The notes under the pieces were generated by a model. It had not been told where the DNA came from. It searched no databases and saw only the letters and a list, made by a program, of their open reading frames with translations. A stretch of DNA of 61,446 nucleotides, filler included, from Sphacelaria rigidula (lineage: Eukaryota), in NCBI GenBank assembly GCA_964200075.2. It is 11 parts of 11 records of this genome, joined end to end, with 100 filler letters (N's around TTAATTAATTAA, not from the genome) between each part and the next. Parts side by side here need not be neighbours in the genome. Positions count along the whole stretch, not along the records: positions 50,357 to 55,851 come from CAXNAA020026865.1; positions 55,952 to 61,446 come from CAXNAA020026866.1; 9 more parts are not named here. One strand, written 5' to 3'. A program made the translations under genes and the position numbers. Of the stretch, positions 50,750 to 61,446 are shown piece by piece. Position 1 is the first letter of the stretch, and each line of letters begins with the position of its first letter.

Positions 50750-53700
50750 GTATGCCCCCAGAAATGGCCAACATGCCGAGCGCCAGCGTAGCATTCAGCA
50801 TGATGTTTGGGGAGCGACCGACAGACGAGGTCAGTTGTTCGCATCTTTGGCCTATATATTTTATTCGAAACACGTTCACCCCTTGAAAGTTATATGATGT
50901 TCGACCTAACAAGTAGATTTTTACTACATTGGTGGCACAGTTACGTGATGTTTCGACTTCGAGGACAAATTCCAAGCGTCAGTTTGCTGTGAAATCCAGA
51001 CTCTTGCCGGAGTCTTGGTCGATCCTGAATCTTCTCAACGACACTCACAACAACGATGATTTCGACAAACCTCTGATCATTGGTCTCCAACAAGGTAGCC
51101 CGCAGTGTCCAGAGCGTTTGGCAACGTGAGATCGAATCCAAGACGCTTATTTTTCGACTGTAGCGCGTAAGCACGTGAAATGTTGTCCATTATTCTCTTC
51201 CGTGTGTGTGTAGTCATTTCCTTCGCAGAGTGGTACACGGTACACATACCTGCAGTAGCTGTAGCTAGCGGTAATGTGGTGACTGCGTACATGTATGATA
51301 CGTTCACCTTTTTTTTCCCTAACGTTTTGGTGTGCTTTGTGTTGTGTGTTCGTCCGCTTGTGGGTGCAATGCAATAGACGTGGAGCAGCGAGGAAGGTGA
51401 TGAGTCGGGTGAGGGCGTAGAGGAGGACTACGATCCCGATGAGGAAGACTTCGACCTCGACCACGGTCAGTTTTGTGTTGCGCTGTACCCTTGGTGCATA
51501 CTGGATTCCTGTTACGACGATGGGTGCGTTGTACTTGTGGTGAACGGTCATTATCTCTTACGGTACGTCTGACCATAGCCTCAAAATTTGCCGTTTCCTT
51601 TCTGAAAGACATGAGCAAAGAATCCTGGGCAAAACTGAGTTCTGTGCCCTTCTTCCACAATGCGCAACGTATGTTCCACGCGCGATACTCCTCAGCACCG
51701 CTGCCACCACCATTACCACCATCAGCATCGGGCGTACGAATATTGTGATCTGCGTCAAGTCATTATTGAACGCGTCGCTTCTTTTCAATTCCGTTGCTTT
51801 GCTCTGCTTGAAGTTTATTTTACGGCTAGTTGATTCAATATCATGAATGCCCCCCCGCCCTCCCTCGCTCCGTCTCGAAAGGGATGCGTAGTCAATGGTT
51901 AAACGACTAAGGCAAGCAACAAATGAGTACGCCCCCCCGCCCTCCTTCGATTTAATTATCATTTGGGGTCTTCTTCATTCTCATATACTCTCTTCTTCTC
52001 CCTCTCCAGACGGTGAACCAATCGAGAGGGATGAGGTGAGAGGAGGACACCATGCAGAACAGCACCAGCACTGCAGCAACGGCAACGGAAACAGCAATAC
52101 CTCTTCGTCTGCAGCAGAGACAGCAGCAGCAGCCGCAGCGGCGGCGGCAGCGGAGGCCCTCAAGGCTGGGGTGGGGGTCGGGGGTAGACAAGGGGTTGCG
52201 AGTGGCGGAGGCGGCGGGGCTGGAGCAACTGGCGAGTGCTTATGGGAGCCCATGGTGCGACACTATTTCCGTATGAACCTCAAGGTGTGTCTTTTTTCTG
52301 ACAGCTAGAAGATGACATTATCATGAGGGGTCCCGTGGCTCGTTTCTGCTTGCGATCACGATGGAAGTTTTTGATCGTCTCTTGCCCGAAAATATGTGAG
52401 GCTGTGTTATTGCTGCTTTGTGCTGTACTGTTGGGCGGTGCCAATAGAGCATGGTGGCGCATGCTTGCGGGCCCTTTTTCGATTTCTCCCTTTTTTTTTT
52501 GTTGGCAGTGCGGCAGACAGGAGGCGTAATTTTCGCCCTGCGTTTGGCGTGAGCGTGTGTGGTTCCTTGACACACGAGAAGCTGTCGAGTGTGGATGAGA
52601 CTGAGTAGTCTACTATTGTCCTGTTCAAGGGTCCGTTCAGGACGTCTTGGAAGATGACCATGTCTGACTATGATACCACATCTATCGCCAGAGGTGATGT
52701 GGTTCCTCTATTTAGGGTGTGGGGGATTGGAAATTGCCGAAGTACACCCCAAGCTTAGCTGTTGCACGGTCGTGTGGTGGTGGGAGCGCAGTTCCGGATC
52801 TGGTATACCTGTTAGCTTCTCTCGAGGAAAACAAAAATATCTTTTGATACCGGAAGCATTGAATCTCTCCTCCCTCCGCTATGCATTCAGTCGGCAGTTA
52901 TGTGTGCAAATCGGCGATCGCTGCCAGTCTTGTGTGTCAAGGGAGTCAATTGGTGAGTGACGAAAGAACGCCAGTTGATCTGTCATGTGTCGACGACCCC
53001 GCCAACTCCCGTTCCCCCTCCTTAGGTCGTTCTTGCGTCCGCTCTTCCATCTTCCACTCTACAGAATCTTTAGCCTTAATCTACGCTATGCGCCGGGGTG
53101 TGTGCGTTTTCGTTGTTGTGTCATGTTACTCTTCAGGAGGAGGTTGAGCAACAGAGGGCGGCCGGGCGAGGGGGCGGTGGAGGGGGGTGTGGTGGTGGCG
53201 GTGGCGATGTTAGTGTAGACGTTGGCTCTGGGGAAGATGTGGACCTCGAGGAAGAGGTGATTGGCTTGTGTTCGGTGTACAGACGGTATCCGCCCTCTAC
53301 AATGAAGACAACGCTCTATCTTGAACATCTCTTGCACCTGTTTTACTGATTGGCGTCCTGGTGTTGCGTGCGTAACGTCCATAAACGTAGTTGCCATCGC
53401 TGCACGCAGTCAAGGAGCCGTTGTGACGCCCCGCCTTCCTCACCCTAGTGAACGAGTCGCCGAAAACACGCTAATGTAGCAGTATTGCCGCCGCGCCGTA
53501 GTGGTCTAATCGGCACACGTGACGGCAACTAGGGCGGAAAAACGCGGGTTCGATTTCCGAAAAAATCATTTTCTTTTTTCTTCTGAAAATGATCTGATTT
53601 CGTCTCTGACAACGTGGAGACATGAGTAGAATCTAACTTTTACTCGAGAAGAGACGAGGCGGTGCGGGAGTACTGATACAATCAATCTGCGATACCGAAA

Positions 53701-54558
53701 TGCAAGGCTCGTGCCGGTGAAGACATGGGTGGGGAGGCGCTCACGATGTGACAATGACACATTGGTGATTGATATGCTGGGCAACTGATTGCGTTCAGGG
53801 CGTCTTTTGCGGACCTTTTGCTTGTGGCCGTACCCGTTTACTGTGTTTCACTATGTTGACCAATTCTTCCACCCTGCGAGGTTCCATGATTGGGTAGGTT
53901 TTATGGTACGAAATCAGTTTTGTTTCTCCCGTAAAAAGCGCGCTTTGCGTCCAATACTTTTGCATTCGTCTTTTGTGTGTCGAAAGGCATTGCGACACGC
54001 GAAGGCTCTGAAGAAACGTCAGGATAAGAAGCGGAGGCAGAAGGAAAAGAAGCAGCGAGAGTCAGCGGCCAGACAGCAGGCCCAACAAGAGGCTGCCGAC
54101 CGGACTCGGGATGATGCCATGGCTGCGGCTGCTGCTACTGCTCCGGTAGAGGAGGTGCGTGTGTGTTGTGTCTGCGCATTTCCTTCACAACGTTGCAGTA
54201 TGTATACTGTATGTGTAGTCGTAGTCGTTTGTCGTTCGAGTGTATGCGTGCGGATTTTTTCCCGCCGATGCTTGTGTGTGTTGCCGATTGGTTTACCTCG
54301 GGACAAAGTACCACTCCAAACTGCGCGGAGGCACTGCATACCGTGGCGTCACCACGATCTTGAACGCACTGGAGTCCCGCCCAATTCCCAATTAACAACT
54401 TTGAAGTACAAAACACCCCCCGCACACGAACACAGGAGATGACAGAGGAAGAGGCCCTAGCTGCCAAGCGACGAGAGAGTGCTCGACTAAAGCGGAAGGC
54501 GGAGGAGGAACGCAGGGTTGGTCTGTTCGCCGCTTGCAGGGCAGGTTTCGTTGAGGAG
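50750..54558 (+). CDS. Partial multi-exon gene (50750-50829, 51378-51465, 52010-52284, 53137-53256, 53987-54154, 54436-54558): acidic, Gly/Ala-rich and coiled-coil protein, possibly entering an ankyrin repeat
   Basis: All exons AG/GT-bounded and phase-compatible; EEGDESGEGVEEDYDPDEEDFD, KALKKRQDKKRRQKEKKQRE, ending LFAACRAGFVEE (ankyrin-like start). Confidence 0.7.
51868..51931 (+). mobile_element. Intronic LINE 3' fragment with 18-bp TSD
   Basis: CCCCCCGCCCTCCCTCG|CTCCGTCTCG...ATGAGTACG|CCCCCCCGCCCTCCTTCG. Confidence 0.85.
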
Positions 54559-55011
54559 GTGGGTGGCGTGATGTTAAAATACGTGTGTATTCGAGGTTGC
54601 TCATGTTCCTCTTCTCCCTGTCACTCGGGGTACTACTGTCTCTCTTGTCTGTTACTCCATCTGGTTGGTTCTGTTCGAGCTCCCAACATAAACCTATATG
54701 AATATTTGTTTCATAGGCAATGGCCTAGAAAAGGTATACCTTATCGTATTTTGCCTAAGAAAAGTACAAAAAATGACCAGGAACGCGAAAGCAGCTAAAC
54801 ACACAACATACATCGAGTTCACTCCGATTCTTCACGCACAGCAATCGGGGGGCTCTCCGGCACTCGGACCTCGAAAACAATCCAGAAAAAAACATGATAC
54901 TCGCGAGATATGGCCATACGCAGAAGGACGTCTCGCCTCCAGAAACCACTTCCCCTTCCTAGGCTACATTTCGGGCAGGTACACCTGATCCAGAAATTCT
55001 TTTTCAATCGT

Positions 55012-55851
55012 ACCTTATCTGGGCCACCAGTCGGCCCAGAAAGTACGTGTCCTGGGCCATCGCTTCCTGCACTACACCTGATGCGGCACACTGCGCGCAA
55101 GGGCATGTACGCGCCAACTCCAACCATGACGGCCATACATTCGGCTCTTTCCCGCCCATTTGCCGTTCACGAACGCCACAACGACCACATGTTACTAACC
55201 TCAACGCTCCAACCATCAACCCTTTTGGGACCAGACTCTCCACAACGGTATGTTTGTGGCACTTTTCCCTTCCTTTCCTCCACAATAATCGTGTGTTAGT
55301 GGCGATCTGGGGCTGGTGTCATGTTCCGTATTAACTCATCTGAGACCCTTTTCCCCCACAATCGTGTGTTGATGGCAGGTGTCCATTACTTTTGTTCTCA
55401 AGTCAGAATGATGCCATTTCACACCTTTTGGTGAAATGGCATCATTTTGACTTGAAAACGACAAAATGGACACCTGCCATCAACACACGATTGTGGGGGA
55501 AAAGGGTCCCAGATGAGTTAATACGGAACATGACACCAGCCCCAGATCGCAACGGCACGATGCAACGGAACACTCCGCAAGCGCTAAAGACTGGAGCGTT
55601 GTGAGTTGTGAGTTGTGAGTTCAGTTCTTGTGTCCACGCGGAGAGACTCGGGAACCATTTATGGGGAGAAGAGGGTGTGGTCGTTGTGGCGTTCGTGAAC
55701 GGCAAATGGGCGGGAAAGAGCCGAATGTATGGCCGTCATGGTTGGAGTTGGCGCGTACATGCCCTTGCGCGCAGTGTGCCGCATCAGGTGTAGTGCAGGA
55801 AGCGATGGCCCAGGACACGTACTTTCTGGGCCGACTGGTGGCCCAGATAAG
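55012..55851. repeat. Large near-perfect inverted repeat/foldback centred near 55426
   Basis: 55012-55188 is inverted at 55675-55851; 55302-55387 inverted at 55465-55550; central hairpin ATGATGCCATTTCAC...GTGAAATGGCATCAT. Confidence 0.92.
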
Positions 55852-57479
55852 NNNNNNNNNNNNNNNNNNNNNNNNNNNNNNNNNNNNNNNNNNNNTTAAT
55901 TAATTAANNNNNNNNNNNNNNNNNNNNNNNNNNNNNNNNNNNNNNNNNNNNCAATCAGACCGAAGAGATCGTGGATTTGGTGATTCTTAGTCGTGATGAT
56001 TCGTCCTAACCGTGAAACATATCCTTGCTTTTTGTTTCATGTATACCGGCGTTTGTACGCCGTCGACGAGTGGCACGCCACTTTCTCTACGCCAACATAT
56101 CGGCAGCACAGCGGCACAACAACTAGCACTACCTCACAGCACCGAACACAACGACCATGTTTGCGCAGGTCGAGGCCGTTCGTTGTCGCCATCATACCTG
56201 CTGCGTTGCTGCGTGTTGCGTGCCGTCACGAACGTTTCTCGTTATGATCCTGTACACACACGGCGCATTGTGTGTGTGTGTGTGCAGGAAACATGGGCGT
56301 ACACATCGCACGCAACACTAAATTACTCTCCAGCTCGCTTCCGGTTGCGTCTCGTTTCACTGCGCGTGGTCGCGCCAAAACCCCGTCATGTCGGTGTCAC
56401 CTGTTTTGCAATATCATGCTTACGACTCGTCGGTTTCATCCATGTCCAACTTTACCCACTGCTCAACTCTAGGCACACGTGCATGCGGAGGCAAGAAACT
56501 GCGCAAACCTCTTGCTTCGTTCGTTTTCTGGAATCTTGACTACCTGCCCACGATCGACAAACTTCCTTCTTCGACTGCGGTAAATCGGCTGCTTACGTTC
56601 ATTTCCAAGTCACTCACAACACCGCCGCGCTACTGTACCCACTTGCCCTGTGAGACACACATCAAGCGCTGTACATGAGGCCCGAAAAAACTCAATCCGT
56701 GCACATAAACCGTGAGTAGCATGAGGAGTACGAGAGTTGTACCAAACGGTGCCCGTTGAAGGGTTCCACCCTACGACAGCCTCGTCGGAAAGCTGGTATT
56801 GTTGCCTACCACCGGCAGCCTCTTGCGTTTCCTTAGCTTGGACTGCGGTTGTGTCATTAAAAGCGCCCGTCGATTTTGTGCGATACATCGCCGTGTTATC
56901 TCGGAGGTTGCGTGCAATCAACTTTCGCATTTCCTCCTTCGTGAATAAATTGTGGCTTTTGCAATGGGAAAAAAATCTTTGGCGAAAAAAATCTCTGGCG
57001 CTGCGCTTGGCACATGCGGTGTCCCTCAGAGTATGTGATGGTCTATCCAATCGACGGGCGGCCCTGATATTTCTGTTTTTTCCCGTCAGCAACCGCTTCT
57101 TCGCGTCTGACGGTTACAGATACATGCAATATTTTCCGGTGGACTATGGGCAGTATTCCCGTGATAATGTGATCCGCTTCGCGCTGAAAACATTGAAGCG
57201 CGCGCGACAAGCGCTGGATCTCTCTCGAGTAGGGGCGGTTTATCTGTTTCCGGTTGCTTCACCGTCACCCGTCCGGGGTCACACGGAGTCATTCTTGTCC
57301 CGTACACGCCCTATTCGCGTTCCAAAGCACATTTCCGACTGTGCTGTCTCACTAACTTGTACTCTCCCCGCTCCTTCATGTCATGGCAGATTATTGGAGC
57401 TCCCATTGCTCGAGGAGTCGCCATCACCCTGCCGAGGCGGTGGACGGGGAGAAGCGAGTAGGCACGAGATCGCGCGACG

Positions 57480-60462
57480 ATGTGCGAACTACGGCGTCGC
57501 AGGCCGCAGAACTCGTCGTTGATTTTGCAAGCGACCACATTTCTGCTCGTAGTGCTCCGCGCGGACATCGCTGTTGCTCAACAACACGAAGGCTGTACGG
57601 GCAACGTCGAGTCCATAGGAGACGATTTCTGCGACGACGTCAACAATAACGCTCCGTGCTCCTACGACGGGGGAGATTGCTGTCCGTCGACGTGTGCTGA
57701 CGACGACGATAGCGGAAATCTTGAATGTATCTTTTACGCCGACCCTCGAAAGTGCTTCGATCCCGCGGCAATCGACTACGACCCAACTTACGAAAACTGC
57801 ACGGGAGATTTTTGGTCACTCGGGGACGCTCGTTGTGACGAGGGTCTCAACAACCCCGCGTGCCTCTTCGACGACGGCGATTGTTGCGCATGTACGTGCG
57901 TCGACGACTACGCGTTGAGCCCGTGCGGCACCGAAGCTCCGTTCGATTGTATCGATCCCGATGCTGCAGATGTCGGCTACGACTGCGAACCTAGACCGGC
58001 GGGGGTGGTCTCTCCTTGCACTCCAGCGTCCCAACGCGGCTGGGTCGTCCAGGATACTGTGGATGCGAATGCTCTAGCGGACGCCCTGAGCCTCTGCTCC
58101 GACGGCGTGTTCGAAGTGCATTGGAAGGGATACGTCTCGGTAGACCGGACGATTCGCGTCGCCGACCGGACCTCTCTCACTATCAACGGCTCTTCCGGTA
58201 GCAGCAGTGTCAGCAGTGCCGGGAGTGCCGGTGTCGTTGATGGGATGGGTAAGACTCGGCCTTTCGCCGTTGTTAACGCTACTCTGACGCTGAGCAACCT
58301 AGACATCAGAAACGGTGTTGCTCCCACAAACAACAGTAAGGGTGGTGCGTTGTTCATCGCAGCGGGCGCCGCCGTGACCCTCGCAGGAGCCACGACGTTC
58401 ATGAACAACAGTGCGGCGTACGGTGGGGCTATCTCCGTCGGTGATGACTCTGTCGTATCTTGGGGTGACAGCAACAACGACGAAATAACGATTCTCACCT
58501 TCGCCAACAACAGCGCGTCGCTGTACGGTGGCGCAGTATACATCTCCGACAATTCAACTGCAAGTTGGACTGGTGCGACAGCATTTATCGGCAACTACGC
58601 CGATGATGAGGGCGGTGCTGTTTGCTTGACTGGCCGGTCGTCCTTGTACTCATCACCTTCTATCACAGCAGCTGGCGGCGGCGGCACAGGGCAAGACGGT
58701 CTGACCAGCTTCGTCTCCAACAGTGCCTTCGAGCGAGGCGGAGCGCTGGTAGCATGGTACAACTCCACGGTCTCGTTCGGCGGAGAAAATACGACGTTTG
58801 TGGATAACATAGCCAAGTATGGCGCGGCGATCTACTCGAAAAGCGGGTCAAATATTTCGTTTCTGGGCGGCGGTGATATCTTGTTCGCTAAAAACCACGC
58901 ACAAACCGTGGTCGCCGGTGAGTTCTCGACGGAGGACGATGATGGTGATTGGGGCAACACTGGCTGGGGTGGCGCACTGTTTATCGAGTCGGCGCATGCT
59001 TCCTGGGGAAACGGCGGCGGAGTCACAACCTTTCGCGAGAACACGGCCATCCAAAGCGGGGGCGCCGTGAGAATCGAACGAGGAACCTTGTTGTGTCTGG
59101 GGCCGACAAGGTTCATCGGCAATAGTGCCACAGACGGGCAGGGCGGGGCCGTGTACGTTTACGAAGGTTCTGAGGTATCTTGGAGCGGGAGCGACACACT
59201 GTTTGTCGAGAATACGGCCGACGTCGGCGGAGCCGTGTACATCACCGACTCCGTCAACGTTTCGTGGGGTGAAGGAGGAGGGGTAACGACCTTCGAGCTC
59301 AACCGGGCAAAATCGAACGGTGGCGCCATCGGATGCTCCGTGGGTGACTCGCAAAAGTCCACATCGGTGATCAATATTGACGGTGAGACCAACTTTATCG
59401 GAAACTCATGCGGCAGCTACGGTGGAGCATTAGTGCTCACCAGCGCCGTAAGGATGAACCTTGGACCTGGGAGTCGAGAGGTATTCTCCGGCAACTCCGC
59501 TGGGGCCGGTGGAGGGGCGGTGTTTTTATCGGCGGCTGCCTACGGCCCCGCGTTTGTTGGTGCCAACTTTACTTCCAACTCTGCTGCGGTGAGTGTGTAC
59601 GTTCATCGATTATCACGGGACTTGGGTGCGTTGGAAAGGGGGGGGGTGTACTCATGATCATGCTCGCCATAGTCATCAGACCATTGACCTCGCATGCGTT
59701 GCGTTGGAAAGGGGCGAAGGAAAGGACAAGTGTCATCACCGACCAACTCATTGCGGACCAAAAACTCCGATAGAAAAGGCGACGGAAAATACTGGAAGAG
59801 TGGGTTCTGGTTTGCTATCGTACGCGCAGCTGATTGAAAGGCTGATGCAGCAGGCATCTGTCATCTGTCCGGGCTTCTCTTCAGGTACCTTTACGAAATC
59901 AGAGATAGCTACAAAATGTGACAAGAATTTGCTGGACCGCGCTGTGACTAACACACAAAGTCGCCGACAACACAGGTCCGACTTCTGCCCTCCCCACCGC
60001 TGCCCTGTTTCTTCTTCCCCGCCCTCCTTCTCCTCCTCTTCCTCCTTCTTCCCTTTCGTCCCCAACCTTGCCTTACGACATAAGGTGGGCGGCGCTGTAT
60101 ACTCCACGGCAAGCGGAACAGCGGTAGTAAAGAAGCCCCCCTCCGACGAAGTTGAAGTTCCAACGACGTACGACCGGTGCAATTTTGATGGAAACTCCGC
60201 CGCGTCCGTGGGAGGTGCGATAGAGACCGCTGCCGGAAAAGACGTCATAAGGAACAGCACATTTCGATCCAACCGGGCGGCGGGGGTAGGCGGCGCTGTA
60301 CGCTTGGCGGGTACGGCCACGGTTGTCGGGTGTTTGTTTTCCTCAAACGTGGCGGGCGAAGGTCCGGCGGTGTCTAATATCGGAAGCACGACGCTGAAGG
60401 ACTGTGAGTTCGTGGGAAATACTGTCGAGTGTGACTCGAGAACGTTCGTCGACTACTCTCAG
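57480..60462 (+). CDS. Secreted/surface protein with N-terminal LNR (Notch/Lin-12-like) Cys repeats and PMP-type GGA(I/V/L)/FxxN beta-helix repeats; exons 57480-59588 and 60085-60462, 3' part missing
   Basis: Hydrophobic leader; two GDxxCDxxxNNxxCxYDGGDCC-type modules; more than 10 FxxNxAxxGGA repeats; in-frame GT-AG intron 59589-60084. Confidence 0.88.
59637..59698 (-). mobile_element. Intronic LINE 3' fragment (subfamily B) with 15-bp TSD
   Basis: TGCGTTGGAAAGGGG(GGGGG)TGTACTCAT...CGCATGCGT|TGCGTTGGAAAGGGG. Confidence 0.85.
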
Positions 60463-60476
60463 GTGTGAGTCAAATC

Positions 60477-60480
<4 letters not shown>

Positions 60481-60520
<40 letters not shown>
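60481..60520. repeat. (TG)20 microsatellite
   Basis: Direct observation. Confidence 0.95.
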
Positions 60521-60522
<2 letters not shown>

Positions 60523-61446
60523 CTTTTGCACCGCGCATTTGCAACGTGTTCTAGTGTGCGCGTCGGCATCCCTAATTTTCGCGCACCAATGTGCGGAGTG
60601 CGCGCGAGTATACGAGTTTCGTCTTGGCATTTTTCGCCAGTTGCGTGATTGCTTTCGTTCGTCGGTCCTGTTTGTTTCTTGTCTGTCGTTTTGTTTCGAG
60701 TGACGCTTTTGTGCGATGTGCTTTTTTTCATATGAAGTCTCCCTTTGGAGGGATCACTCGCGTCTTTATCACCGCAAATGCGTCTGCCGGTCACATACAC
60801 ACGAACTATTTGGTGGGTCTCCTTGGCTGTACATGGAAGACGTACACGGCTCTTCGCTGCGTTGGCACCCTGCGGTACTGTCCCATGCCCACTGAATTAC
60901 ACCTAAAACCTGAAATCCTACAGCACAGGATCCGAGCTCCCGAAATGAAGAACACTATTGCTGCGAGTAATCTTTGCACGATACCTGAAGCCGCTACAGT
61001 TGTCTTCACCGTGTGTCTTTCTCCCCCAGATGGTACGACCTTGCGTTCGCTGGATAATATCCTTTGACTCGCCTCAGACCTGGGGAGAGGTGGTAGGGGT
61101 GTCTTGCAAAGAAACTACTTCAAAAACACGAGTGCAGCAGGGCATGATCTTTGATCTCCAATATGCACAATCCAGAGACTTTTAGAACACGCGTGTCATA
61201 CTTCAGAGTTGTGAGGCCTTCTGTTTACTGTTACTGGCATCTACAAACCAACAAACAGACCAACAATACTTGAAGAGTTGGTTATATATCTTGATTCTCA
61301 ACTATTCTGCTGAATGCTGATTTATTTCGGAACAGCTTTCAAGAGCAATTTCAAAAATAACAAAAAACACAAAACGGGACGCACCACCCACCACCTACAA
61401 AAAACAAAAAACAGGAAAACACAAGAAAGAACTACGAAGACAAACA

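Noticed and set aside
5497..55951. Regularly spaced TTAATTAATTAA motif (every 5595 bp) resembling a giant periodic array
   Set aside because: Embedded in N-runs; an assembly concatenation linker. Cross-contig adjacency therefore has no biological meaning
56610..57522. Overlapping 160- and 261-aa ORFs upstream of the LNR/PMP gene
   Set aside because: Non-ATG starts, no recognisable motif or splice support

Overview
This is not one locus. It is eleven unrelated contigs of about 5.5 kb (1-5496, 5597-11091, 11192-16686, 16787-22281, 22382-27876, 27977-33471, 33572-39066, 39167-44661, 44762-50256, 50357-55851, 55952-61446) joined by artificial 100-bp N/TTAATTAATTAA/N linkers. The DNA is eukaryotic, intron-rich and repeat-dense. 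It is most likely a brown alga or related photosynthetic stramenopile; this is an inference from a bipartite plastid-targeting peptide, TTAGGG repeats and an LNR + GGA/FxxN secreted protein. Host gene fragments: a multi-exon KH-domain RNA-binding protein, exon 1 of a plastid TerC, a 6-exon acidic/coiled-coil protein possibly entering an ankyrin repeat, a secreted LNR/PMP-repeat protein, and a Ser-rich exon. Most of the rest is transposon material: a Ty3/gypsy gag-protease remnant, a decayed PIF/Harbinger-type transposase, tRNA-derived SINEs, and hAT-like, Sola2-like and foldback MITEs. The most striking signal is a non-LTR retrotransposon family with at least 10 3'-end copies in 61 kb. It has no poly(A) tail and its ORF stops about 5 nt from its end (ATGAGTACR). 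It inserts into oligo-C/G tracts with 15-18-bp target-site duplications, twice at the same C-run of one MITE family. One copy forms a four-level nest (MITE > LINE > foldback > hAT-like MITE) whose junctions can be reconstructed from the sequence.
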